The notes under the pieces were generated by a model, which was not told the DNA's origin, did no database searches, and saw only the letters and a program-made list of their open reading frames with translations. DNA of 63,238 nucleotides, filler included, from Nemertoderma westbladi (Eukaryota > Animalia > Xenacoelomorpha): assembly GCA_032718475.1 (NCBI GenBank). It is 3 parts of 3 records of this genome, joined end to end, with 100 filler letters (N's around TTAATTAATTAA, not from the genome) between each part and the next. Parts side by side here need not be neighbours in the genome. Positions count along the whole stretch, not along the records: positions 1 to 28,464 come from JAUCBJ010005511.1; 2 more parts are not named here. One strand, given 5' to 3'. This document shows positions 1 to 11,266 of this stretch, piece after piece. Each line of letters starts with the position of its first letter. The first letter of the stretch is position 1. Position numbers and translations under genes: made by a program.

Positions 1-75
1 CGACGCCACTACAGTATGTGACGCTCGCTGCAGCAAAAGGTGCTATTTCCAATTATAGTATAGACTGATGTAATT

Positions 76-528
76 TCAAGCATGGTGAGCATCTTTATAC
101 GCGAAATAATGATAGGTAACATCGGCGGTTTGGAAATCACTTCCCGAAAATTTCGCGCTAATGATTTTTTTATGTTCGCTGCTAAAAAAATAAGGAATAT
201 AGTAGCAACAGCGTCGTACTACGTTTCTATAAAAAATATTCTCCAATATTGTAAATAAATCTCCCGGATCATTACTTTTCGCAGAAATATAAGTTATATT
301 GCGAAGCTCTTTCCAATAATAGGGTTGGTATCTTGCCAACTTTATATTAAACTTAGATATGGATGCGCGACAAATAGGACAAATTTTAGAACAATAATTA
401 TTCATTTCGGAATATTGTACAATACATTGTACGCAAGTTGCATGTTTATTTTCACACTTATAATAATCTCGATGTTGTTGCAATAACTTAGAATAGCAAA
501 CTGGACATTTTTCATTTAAAATATCCAT
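76..528 (-). CDS. Small intronless RING-finger (C3HC4) protein, 150 aa
   Basis: CPVC-x13-C-ENK-H-x2-CVQC-x14-CPIC near the N-terminus; ATG to stop without introns; TATA-like TATATAAAA ~125 bp upstream on the minus strand. Confidence 0.7.
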   Translation of the reverse strand: MDILNEKCPVCYSKLLQQHRDYYKCENKHATCVQCIVQYSEMNNYCSKICPICRASISKFNIKLARYQPYYWKELRNITYISAKSNDPGDLFTILENIFYRNVVRRCCYYIPYFFSSEHKKIISAKFSGSDFQTADVTYHYFAYKDAHHA

Positions 529-693
529 TTTCCAAATTTTAAAGTAAATTGAAAATAATTACCACAATACACAACAACAACAACAAACAAAACTGTTATA
601 CTGTATATACAAATACTACTACAATTTTCGATTATTTAAAAACAACAAAATTTTATATATAATCATAAAATATTTATAATATAGGGGGAAAAG

Positions 694-1051
694 TCAAGAA
701 TCAATGATATTATCAACATATTCAACATTATCCGCTGATTCTTCAGGTTCGACAAAGGATTCTTTTGAAATCATTACAATAAAGAAAGACATAATTTCGT
801 AGGGGTTATGCCGATTTAGCCGTATTTCAAACTTTTCACCAGCTTCGTTGTATTGTGTAATAACAATAAACCCCTCTATCATGGATAATAGTAAGATGTT
901 GGTTAATTTTCCCCCATGCTCAGCTTTCAGGTTGTAATCTAAAAGATGAACACTATTATCAGAAGCATCAATATCAATTGAGCTTAAAACTTTCCTGGCT
1001 TTTTCAGAAAATTCAATTTTATTGATGAATTATTTCACTATAAGGTAGCAT
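694..1051 (-). pseudogene. Small acidic ORF (~118 aa) with a 1-nt frameshift near its start
   Basis: The frame of the 694..882 ORF stays open up to 1029 (FINKIEFSEKARKVLSSIDID...). An ATG in AAACTACAAATG context at 1051 (MLPYSE) is one base out of frame. Confidence 0.45.
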
Positions 1052-1114
1052 TTGTAGTTTAACTTTAACGTAAAAACTTTGAAAATCCGACGTATTTTGA
1101 TTAAGTTACAGTAA

Positions 1115-1744
1115 TGTAATATGCCTATTCATATTTGTACACATAAAACCCTTAGGTACTCTCGTGGCGTAGTGGTCAGATGGTTAAGGCGTTGGTTACA
1201 TTACGTAGGTTACGAGTTCGAATCCCAGTCGGGAAATTTGTATTTTGGGGCCATTTATTTTCGTGTGGTGCTAATTGATAGGCCAATGAGAAGCGTACAG
1301 CGTAGCGAATAATGAGCCAGGCCAATCATAGGGCATAAATTACCTTATTGCTCAAATGTGAGGCAGTGGAAAATTCTGTTAGGATTCCATGTCCCAGATT
1401 AGTGTAAGGGCCGGACTGCGTTGAACGATGAGCTGGGCCAATCATAGGGCACGACGCACTTCATTGCTCAATTGTGAAGCTGTGGAAAATTCTGTTTAGT
1501 TTCCATGTGCAATTTCTAGTATAAAAAGGCCGGTTTGCCTTCGGTTATCACCCCTTATAACACACTTCTTTTATTCGGTTTCTTGTTGAAACTTCGTTTT
1601 GATAAATCCTTTGTAAAACTGTAAATATACTGCAATTTCCTGACATGTTTTCTTTTGGTCCGACTTCGGGACAGTCGAACACCAGGGAGATGGCAGCCTA
1701 GACCGTTAGGCCGTAAGCAACGCAGGGAAGGGATGTCCACAACA
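1115..1744 (+). mobile_element. LTR-like segment with pol II promoter motifs
   Basis: Starts TGTAAT, possible end CAACA; three GGCCAAT boxes (~1281, ~1320, ~1437), a ~117-bp internal duplication, TATAAAAAGG at ~1520; just upstream of a BEL/Pao RT relic. No TSD found, so the ends are uncertain. Confidence 0.35.
1161..1233 (+). other. tRNA-derived (SINE-head-like) sequence with pol III A and B boxes
   Basis: TGGCGTAGTGG / TGGTCAGATGG (A-box-like) and GAGTTCGAATCC (B box, 1214-1225); no clean cloverleaf. Confidence 0.5.
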
Positions 1745-2182
1745 CGCTAGCGCCCACATTTGGATTGACCGCGCACCCCCTTTGCCCCCTTCGAAATGCT
1801 CAACTTGCCATGCAGCGCCCGCTTTGTGAGAAAGGTAAGACTTTGTTCGACGCCCTTGCCCGCCGTAAGACCTATAGATCAGGGTAAGCGTGACATCGCA
1901 CTGGACGCCGCAAATTTAGGATCAAATAATTATATCCAGACACCCCCCCCCTTCTTGTCAGTCCTACGAACCCCTGGGTTAACCTGTACTTCCTGCAGGT
2001 GCGAACTATTGCTATTCGTCAGTACGCGAGTACATATTAGGTACGGACAGCATATGTTCCATAATTTAGTGAGTCGTAGCACTGACTGTTTGGTACCGGT
2101 TCGCTTTGTAGAACGTACATTAGTACCCCCCCCCCCCCCCCCCCCTGTCTGGAGTTAGCTATTTGATCAGGGCACGGCCCAT

Positions 2183-2400
2183 ATGCAATACAACGCACAA
2201 CTTCAGACGTATCTCCAAAAGGGATACGCCATTAGGATGTTAAATCCTGAGGTAACCACAGACCAGACATATTACCTGCCACATCATTTTGTTCGACACC
2301 CGGACAAACCTGGCAAGGTGCGTGTAGTCAACGACTGCGCTGCGCTTTACCAAGACATGTCTATGAATAGCGAACTGATGGACGGGCCGAATATGAATTG
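2183..2400 (+). mobile_element. BEL/Pao LTR retrotransposon reverse-transcriptase fragment
   Basis: YYLPHHFVRHPDKPGKVRVVNDCAALYQDMSMNSELMDGPN matches the Pao RT N-terminal signature (YLPHH...KPGKxRVVxD...SLN..L..GP). Confidence 0.8.
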
Positions 2401-3373
2401 GCCGCTTGGCCTAGGGAGGTTTATTAATATCCTACCGCGCCTTGCCACGTACTGATAGGTATTGCTGCTAACTACCGCAGCAACAAAGTTCTAGAATTAA
2501 ATTAGTATACCAGATCAGCTAACGTACGGTAGCGATTAACCCCTATTCTTATCTTACAACCAGAATCTGGTATTAGTGCTGATCACGGGTGTAGTTACTA
2601 ACACTGTGGTTGCCCATTTGGGTTGTGGATAGGAAGGAGAGAGCTTTGACGTCATTCGTGAGTATAAAGTTCTACAAACGCGACTAGTTTATTTTAGTAG
2701 CTAGCGCACGGTATCATTTTAGTCAGAAAATCACTAAAACCTAGTAAAAGGAATTACACGAAATTGTTTTATTTGTAACACACCCACACACACACGCCCT
2801 AAAACATATCGCCCTTAAAGTTCTACTAGCTATAGCGTACTATACATTACTTTAGGTGGAAATTATTTGTATTTGTAAAATTAGGATCTGATTTAGTTGC
2901 GGCACAATAAGGAGTATTTCACTTTCGTTATTAAACTGTTGTTTGTCTGGACAACGGTATTGTTACATTTAGGCCTGACCTTTTAGACTGATTTCGTACA
3001 GGGGGATCAGTTATCGTTACATTTAGGCACGACCCCTTTTCGACTGATTTAGGACTGTCAGTGTTGTTACGCTAGGTCTGTTAACCCACTAGCTCGTATA
3101 TAAACCATATAAATCACACCGCGGCAAGTTACTGTATTTAGGACTGTCAGTGATAGTTAGGATTCGCTGCGCGGGGATTGTTTTCCCGTGAGTTTGGTCT
3201 GTTACTGTAACTGTACATCTGCCTCACCGGTTAGAGGACAGGTATCCTTCTGTCTAGTACGTAGGCATTCGACCCGCTCACGTACATAGAATAGATACAA
3301 GGCTCTGTTCCTCGCCAGTAGTCGTTTGTGTACTATATCTGTTTGTTTAGATATCCTGGACTGGGATTTGTTG

Positions 3374-3589
3374 TCAGATACTGTACAAGCCCGTATACAT
3401 TACTAGAGTCTCATAGTAAGATACATCGTTACTAGGATCTGGTAAGCGGTATACTACTGGACCCTTACATTTATATTTATCATCTCCCTGACGGTAAATT
3501 GTATAATCAATAACAATATAGGCTTGACCATCTTCTGCAAAAAATGAATGCCTTACCATTGGCATAACCATATCGGAATCAGAAGACAT
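3374..3589 (-). CDS. Small hypothetical intronless ORF, 71 aa
   Basis: Protein-like composition; minus-strand TATATATAA (~3690) followed ~30 bp later by a TCATT initiator-like motif, then an AT-rich leader. Confidence 0.35.
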   Translation of the reverse strand: MSSDSDMVMPMVRHSFFAEDGQAYIVIDYTIYRQGDDKYKCKGPVVYRLPDPSNDVSYYETLVMYTGLYSI

Positions 3590-4559
3590 TATTTAATTTA
3601 TTTTATTGTAAATCAAACAAACAAAGTAAAAACTTTTAAACTAAAACCATTACAAATGATTAATTGCGATTAAAGCAAGAGATTATATATATAAGATATT
3701 TTCAAAAATAATACAGGTCTTAAACTGAGAAATAGCCTAAATTCGGTTTATTGATTGGTTGATTAGCTGGTAGGGAACTACTGTATAAACAAAAAAAATT
3801 ATTGCGTAATAATAATCACTAATACTCGTATACGCGTAGCTGGAACGTGACGGAATCTCATGTATCATACTAGTTGGTTTGTTGATTTGGCGACAGCAGT
3901 CGTGGAGTTGGCAATCAATATAATATAATATATGCATGATGCGTGTAGTTGGTGGCCACGTTGTCAGCATATACAGTATACAGCGGTTGGTTGCGTGGAT
4001 AGGAAATAACTATGGAAATATTCGTATACGTGTAGCTGGAACGTGGCGGAATTTCAACACGTATCATAATAGCGTTGGACTACTGGTAGGCAGGCTGCTT
4101 GGTTGGTTGGATTGATTGGTTTGGCGACAGCCGTCGAGGAGTAGCCGTGGCTAGCGGTGGTGGTGGTGAGTTGGCAATCGATATATAATATAATAGCGTA
4201 GTGGGGGCTAGCCATGCGTTGAGAAGTTAGGTTACGCAAAGATGAATATGCGATGGTTGGTTGATGCAACGACGCGAATCAATACTCACGGGTGGTAACA
4301 GTTGTCGAGTAAGGCAGGCATCGCGAGGTTAGGCTACGCGTAGGTGATAAGCAACGATTGGTTGAAGGCAACGACGCGAATCAATATTGATGGTGACAGA
4401 TGGTCATTAAACACCTCGATTTAGCACAGAAATTTGGCATTTTTTAATTGCCTCCGAGATGCAGCCCGTAGCCCAAGCTAGGGAGGAGTTGTGTGAGATC
4501 TATGCTTCTCCTACTACTACCGGTGTACAATATTCTACAAGCGGCCTCACGTAGGATTT

Positions 4560-4945
4560 GTAAGCCGTTAATAATGCACGCAAGTTACTAGTCTGAAAGC
4601 ACCTGAATATTAAGTTTGCAATTTTGAAAGCTTTTGCAGCTTGCAATTTACAATGCAAATCAAATTTTAAGTTCATAGAAAACGTAACCCTAAATCTCTA
4701 CAATAATCATCCGTTTTTATTAACCTGCCGTTTAGAAAATATTGTTCTGGAACTACATTAGCTTTACTGACACCAAAACGAAGAACAGTGCTTATGAGCC
4801 GCTATGTTTAGTATACGCAGTGCGCTGTGTAGCAATAATCACTATCGCTTGATCTCGCGTGCAACTTTAAGCCGTCCGCAAATAATTTCCAGTATACACT
4901 TGGTATTAGCTTGGGTAGATCATTGATATAAAGTGTTGCGTTAAA
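4560..4945 (-). mobile_element. Degraded non-LTR (LINE) RT fragment
   Basis: LYINDLP...KLFADGLKL resembles the Y(I)NDLP...FADD RT motifs; interrupted by stops. Confidence 0.6.
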
Positions 4946-5660
4946 TGCCTGGGTACAACGTAGCAGCGGCGATGTATGCTTATCTGCAACGCTCAGTAGC
5001 AGTTCCATTACATATCAAGCGAAATCGCAGCAATACTTGCTAGCTACTGTATAACGTCATGGGAGAATCTCGACCAACGTGGAATGGGTTGTAACGCAGT
5101 TCTTTCCATTTATACTTTAATACAGAACATATTAATAGATCGAATGGATGGATTTGATCTGTTTTAAACCCAAAGGAAAATGATTGTCAGGGCAATGTGC
5201 CTGCGGGCGGGTTGTCGAAATTAAAACTCTTAAGTGGTTTATGTTACTCATATATGTAAATCGGTAGGCCACAAAAAATGTTGAATGATTTAAGTATTAG
5301 TTATCTATCGTGTTAGCGATAACACAAAAATAACTCGCAATAATATTATTACTATTCTTACTATTAATATAATAATAAGTTGAGGCAACCGATATTAACA
5401 TCAATTAGAGACATAATTATAAGGAATAAGGAAATCTTTTAATTAAGATAGAAATGAATATATTTGTATGCAAAATGGAGACTGTTTAAAATATAAAGTA
5501 AAATCGGGGTTTCCCGTTAAAATCAGTTAAAATATATCCCTACTGAGTATATCAGTTTATATCACTAATGAGATGCTGCTAAAAGTGATTTAATTACATC
5601 ACTTTCTCTACTATAAATAAGATCGTCGAAGGTGTCCAAACAGTACGGGGAGAATGGGTT

Positions 5661-5917
5661 AGAGATATATAAATGGGATAGAGATATATAAATGGGATAG
5701 AGATATATAAATGGGATAGAGATATATAAATGGGATAGAGATATATAAATGGGATAGAGATATATAAATGGGATAGAGATATATAAATGGGATAGAGATA
5801 TATAAATGGGATAGAGATATATAAATGGGATAGAGATATATAAATGGGATAGAGATATATAAATGGGATAGAGATATATAAATGGGATAGAGATATATAA
5901 ATGGGATAGAGATATAT
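5661..5917. repeat. 19-bp minisatellite (AGAGATATATAAATGGGAT) x ~13.5
   Basis: Perfect tandem copies read directly from the sequence. Confidence 0.95.
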
Positions 5918-6720
5918 TACATTCCGGGATATATTTTCTGTGCCGGAAGTAGTGAGTCTGCTGTGCAGGATTTTTATCCGGTGTTCTAGGCGTTATTATT
6001 CTGCTGTTCTGATATTATCAAGGTGTACTAAATAATGATTTAGTACATCTTGGATATTGTTCTGTTTGCATTGTGTTGTGCTGTTAGTATAATATTCCAA
6101 TATTCGGTATGATCGCATATATTATGAAAGAAAGGAAGTTAGACCTTTTATAATTTATAACCTTTCTTTATCTACCCCCGATGCGGACTGTGATATTTGA
6201 TGGCAACCCTTGACAATGTGGATTGGGGGCTTGCTTACATTATTATGCGTATGTATTAAGATACAGATATACTAAAAAAATATCTAAAAAATATTATAAT
6301 GTTTTAAGAACATAGCCCTTTCTCAGGTAGGTACAATATAAAGAAAATCAATTCAAATAGATTTTAGGGGGAGGGAGGGAGGATATTAACGCAGTCAAAT
6401 TCAACCTGAAATTCGACGCAAATAAAAGCTGATTACTCTCCCAAATTAAACTGTAACCTGTTCTATTGGCATCCGTTTATTACAACTTTTATTATACTGG
6501 TTTGTCCGGAATATCATAATTTAAGATGCTGTACCTTCCAGACATTTATTCGCGCCCCCCCTCTATGCTGAAATTTCGTAAATTACTGTCTTTGCGGGAT
6601 CATAATGGACTAAAAAAACTTGCCTTATTTTTGTTTAGTGCTTTTGCGCTCCGAAATAAAAGTATTAATGGTTAATGTATCGCGTCGTGTATTATTATAT
6701 CAAAACTGTTGGCTGTGGGT

Positions 6721-9261
6721 CGGCCTGGTATACTTTACATGCGGTCTGGTATACTTTACATTGGGTCTGGTATACTTTACATGCGGTCTGCTATACTTTA
6801 CATAGGGTCTGGTATACTTTACATGCGGTCTGGTATACTTTACATTGGGTCTGGTATACTTTACATGCGGTCTTTTATACTTTACATTGGGTCTGGTATA
6901 CTTTACATTGGGTCTGGTATACTTTACATAGGGTCTGGTATACTTTACATTGGGTCTGGTATACTTTACATGCGGCCTGGTATACTTTACATTGGGTCTG
7001 GTATACTTTACATGCGGTCTGGTATACTTTACATTGGGTCTGATATACTTTACATTGGGTCTGGTATACTTTACATGGGGTCTGGTATACATTACATGCG
7101 GTCTGGTATACTTTACATGCGGTCTGGTATACTTTACATGCAGTCTGGTATACTTTACATGCGGTCTGGTATACTTTACATTGGGTCTGGTATACTTTAC
7201 ATGGGGTCTGGTATACTTTACATGCGGTCTGGTATACTTTACATGCGGTCTGGTATACTTTACATTGGGTCTGGTATACTTTACATGCGGTCTGGTATAC
7301 TTTACATTGGGTCTGGTATACTTTACATTGGGTCTGGTATACTTTACATGGGGTCTGGTATACTTTACATTGGGTTTGGTATACTTTACATTGGGTCTGG
7401 TATACTTTACATGCGGTCTGGTATACTTTACGTAGGGTCTGGTATACTTTACATTGGGTCTGGTATACTTTACATTGGGTCTGGTATACTTTACATGCGG
7501 TCTGGTATACTTTACATTGGGTCTGGTATACTTTACATTGGGTCTGGTATACTTTACATTGGGTCTGGTATACTTTACATGGGGTCTGGTATACTTTACA
7601 TGCGGTCTGGTATACTTTACATGGGGTCTGGTATACTTTACATTGGGTCTGGTATACTTTACATTGGGTCTGGTATACTTTACATTGGGTCTGGTATACT
7701 TTACATAGGGTCTGGTATACTTTACATAGGGTCTGGTCTACTTTACATTGGGTCTGGTATACTTTACATTGGGTCTGGTATATTTTACATGGGGTCTGGT
7801 ATACTTTACATTGGGTCTGGTATACTTTACATGCGGCCTGGTATACTTTACATTGGGTCTGGTATACTTTACATTGGGTCTGGTATACTTTACATAGGGT
7901 CTGGTATACTTTACATTGGGTCTGGTATACTTTACATGCGGTCTGGTATACTTTACATGGGGTCTGGTATACTTTACATGGGGTCTGGTATACTTTACAT
8001 TGGGTCTGGTATACTTTACATGCGGCCTGGTATACTTTACATTGGGTCTGGTATCCTTTACATGCGGCCTGGTATACTTTACATTGGGTCTGGTATACTT
8101 TACATGCGGCCTGGTATACTTTACATTGGGTCTGGTATACTTTACATGCGGTCTGGTATACTTTACATGCGGTCTGGTATACTTTACATTGGGTCTGGTA
8201 TACTTTACATTGGGTCTGGTATCCTTTACATGCGGCCTGGTATACTTTACATTGGGTCTGGTATACTTTACATGCGGCCTGGTATACTTTACATTGGGTC
8301 TGGTATACTTTACATGCGGTCTGGTATACTTTACATGCGGCCTGGTATACTTTACATTGGGTCTGGTATCCTTTACATGCGGCCTGGTATACTTTACATT
8401 GGGTCTGGTATACTTTACATGCGGCCTGGTATACTTTACATTGGGTCTGGTATACTTTACATGCGGTCTGGTATACTTTACATGCGGTCTGGTATACTTT
8501 ACATTGGGTCTGGTATACTTTACATTGGGTCCGGTATACTTTACATTGGGTCTGGTATACTTTACATTGGGTCTGGTATACTTTACATGCGGCCTGGTAT
8601 ACTTTACATTGGGTCTGGTATACTTTACATTGGGTCTGGTATACTTTACATTGGGTCTGGTATACTTTACATGCGGCCTGGTTTACTTTACATTGGGTCT
8701 GGTATACTTTACATAGGGTCTGGTATACTTTACATTGGGTCTGGTATACTTTACATTGGGTCTGGTATACTTTACATAGGGTCTGGTATACTTTACATGC
8801 GGTCTGGTATACTTTACATTGGGTCTGGTATACTTTACATTGGGTCTGGTATACTTACATTGGGTCTGGTATACTTTACATGCGGTCTGGTATACTTTAC
8901 ATTGGGTCTGGTATACTTTACATGCGGTCTGGTATACTTTACATGGGCTCTGGTATACTTTACATTGGGTCTGGTATACTTTACATTGGTCTGGTATACT
9001 TTACATTGGGTCTGGTATACTTTACATTGGGTCTGGTATACTTTACATTGGGTCTGGTATCCTTTACATGGGGTCTGGTCTACTTTACATTGGGTCTGGT
9101 ATACTTTACATGCGGTCTGGTATACTTTACATGGGGTCTGGTATACTTTACATGCGGTCTGGTATACTTTACATGGGGTCTGGTATACTTTACATGGGGT
9201 CTGGTATACTTTACATTGGGTCTGGTATCCGTTACATCCGTAATGGTATATTTTACATGCG
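6721..9261. repeat. 21-bp minisatellite GGTCTGGTATACTTTACA(TTG/TGC/TGG/TAG) x ~120
   Basis: Direct tandem periodicity; accounts for all repetitive ORFs in 6620-9386. Confidence 0.97.
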
Positions 9262-9367
9262 TATTATTATTATCATTATATTATTATTTGACGAATTGTA
9301 ATCAAATCAGTGCATTAAGTACTACATTCTTTTGGAACACAAATACCACAAAAGTATTTATAAAAAA

Positions 9368-11266
9368 TTATGTAAATCTAGTTTGAAGGCAAATATGCGA
9401 GAAGTTTCTAGCGTGGTGGGGCCGAGAGTGTTGGGTGCGGCACTTGTTGCCCCAGTAACAGTTGGGGCGCGCGGTGACGTGCGTTGGTAACTGATCGCTC
9501 GGGATCGCTGAACGATACTGGTAGGCCAAGTCCTTAAAAACCTTAATGGCGCAGGGAAGACAGACGGATGAGTCAGTGCCGTTCGGTAGGGCGATGTCCG
9601 TCAGGGAGAAATCACCGGATGTAAGTTTCGTTAAACAGACGTTAAATACGTCCGGAAGAGATAAACTATTGGCAGTCATCCAGTTGGAAAGGATTTCCGA
9701 TTCGTATATGTTATCGAGAATCAGAGTGGGCGTTAGGGAGGCCGCGGGGAACTCAAATAGTTTCAGGGGTTTAAGACAACCTGAACAGCCGCCGGGCTTA
9801 TCGCAGCCCCAATACAGGTGGCAGAAGTTACGCGAGCAGATGTCGCACGACTGTTTGGGGATGTTGTTCGGGTTGATTAATCCGCTAGCGAGGAGAGACG
9901 TGCGGGAAGGCATTGGTTTGACGCAGCACTGGCAGAGAACGTGGACTGGGGCGGTGGCGTGGCAGGTGTGTGGGGGCGGGGCAGTGGGGGGTGGCACACT
10001 GTGGGACGGGACCGGAACACTGTGGGACGTGACACTGTATCCGAGTGGGTTGGGACACTGTCGACACCGTACAGTCACCCCGAACCCTCCCACAGACACC
10101 CCGAACCCTCCCACAGACACCGCGAACCCACCCACAGACACCCCGAACCCACCCGCCCCTCCGTAGCCCGACAACCCATCCGAGTCGGTCCCCGACTCAC
10201 TACTGTCCGAATGGCCACCCCGCCCCCCGGTCGACTGGTTGCTCAGCAAGGCGTCCGTTACCGTGTTGTTCGCGTCGAGTTCCGCCAGTTCTTCCGACGG
10301 CCGACGGCGTTCCGGATTGACTCCAAGGTAGGCCTCGATAACGTTGGCGACAATGTGGTTCCGACTGAGTTGGGTCACCTTGGCGCGGCAGGTGGGGCAC
10401 TCCTTGGATAGGGTCTTCCATCCAGAGTAGCACCCGGAGCAGAAACAATGCATACAGGGTAGCAGACTGAGTGGCTGGTGGAGGATGGCCTGACAGATAC
10501 CGCAAGTGATGTGGGCCTCGATGGCAGAGTTACCGTTGCTACTGGTACTGGGACGACCCGAATCTGCTTTTATAGTAGGCCTATCCTCGTTCGCTTGGGT
10601 GGAAGAACATTGAGACAGGGTTAGTCTAGGAACTTTTGTAGGAGGAGATTTGTCTTCTGTATCTACCGTATGTTTATCTACTTCTGGGGTGTCTACTTCT
10701 GGTACATATCCTTCTGGGGTGTCAACCTCCGGTATATCTACTTCTGGAGGGTCTACATCTATCTCTGGGATATTCCACCCGCCACTGGCATCGTATTCGT
10801 ACTCTATTGTGGACTGCGATTCTTCGGCTACTGATGGCGTGTGTTCTTCACCACTGGTACTCGTTTCCGTAACGACGCGGTACATTAGATGGACGTTGTT
10901 TGAGGCGTTTTCTCCGAGGCTATAAACGATGTCGAAGTCTTGCAACTCGTAACTGTCGTCTTTAATCAGTTTAAGTGTCCCGTTAATCAGGGTCCCGTTT
11001 ACGCTTCTGTCCCGTATTGTGGCTACTTTGCCTACGCTGTCCCACGTTATATGACAATGTTCCCCACTTATCATTTTATTATCAGGTAATGATATTGTAC
11101 ATGATGGTTTCCGACCGATTTCCACCATATCTCCGGCTAACTGAAACGTTCTGTTTGGTGAGCCATCCTCGCATTTTATAATGATCCTTCCCCACGCTTC
11201 TTCTAAGGGAACAGTTAGACCAACATTATCGATAGTTGTAGTAACCACGTCGAGGTTGGCAGACAT
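9368..11266 (-). CDS. CHFR: E3 ubiquitin-protein ligase CHFR (FHA, RING, Cys-rich, PBZ), intronless, 632 aa
   Basis: FHA (WGRI...IGRKPSC...ISGEHC...DRSVNGT); RING (CGICQAILHQPLSLLPCMHCFCSGCYSGW...CPTCR) followed by RNHIVANVIEAYL; Cys-rich region (CRQC, CQCCVKPMP, CDICSRNFCHLYWGC); C-terminal PBZ (RPNCYWGNKCRTQ...HARNFSHIC). In-frame stop upstream of the ATG. Confidence 0.93.
   Translation of the reverse strand: MSANLDVVTTTIDNVGLTVPLEEAWGRIIIKCEDGSPNRTFQLAGDMVEIGRKPSCTISLPDNKMISGEHCHITWDSVGKVATIRDRSVNGTLINGTLKLIKDDSYELQDFDIVYSLGENASNNVHLMYRVVTETSTSGEEHTPSVAEESQSTIEYEYDASGGWNIPEIDVDPPEVDIPEVDTPEGYVPEVDTPEVDKHTVDTEDKSPPTKVPRLTLSQCSSTQANEDRPTIKADSGRPSTSSNGNSAIEAHITCGICQAILHQPLSLLPCMHCFCSGCYSGWKTLSKECPTCRAKVTQLSRNHIVANVIEAYLGVNPERRRPSEELAELDANNTVTDALLSNQSTGGRGGHSDSSESGTDSDGLSGYGGAGGFGVSVGGFAVSVGGFGVSVGGFGVTVRCRQCPNPLGYSVTSHSVPVPSHSVPPPTAPPPHTCHATAPVHVLCQCCVKPMPSRTSLLASGLINPNNIPKQSCDICSRNFCHLYWGCDKPGGCSGCLKPLKLFEFPAASLTPTLILDNIYESEILSNWMTANSLSLPDVFNVCLTKLTSGDFSLTDIALPNGTDSSVCLPCAIKVFKDLAYQYRSAIPSDQLPTHVTARPNCYWGNKCRTQHSRPHHARNFSHICLQTRFT

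Noticed and set aside
6721-9261. CRISPR-like array, or Pumilio elements (TGTAAAGTA on the minus strand)
   Set aside because: No unique spacers or cas genes and the context is eukaryotic; the motif does not match UGUANAUA.
6620-9386. 844-aa GSGILYI-repeat ORF and overlapping repeat ORFs
   Set aside because: By-product of a 21-bp unit lacking stops in some frames; single-base deletions near 8855 and 8990 shift the frame; no unique domain.
9546-10925. Several plus-strand and alternate-frame ORFs
   Set aside because: Shadows of the GC-rich CHFR coding sequence.
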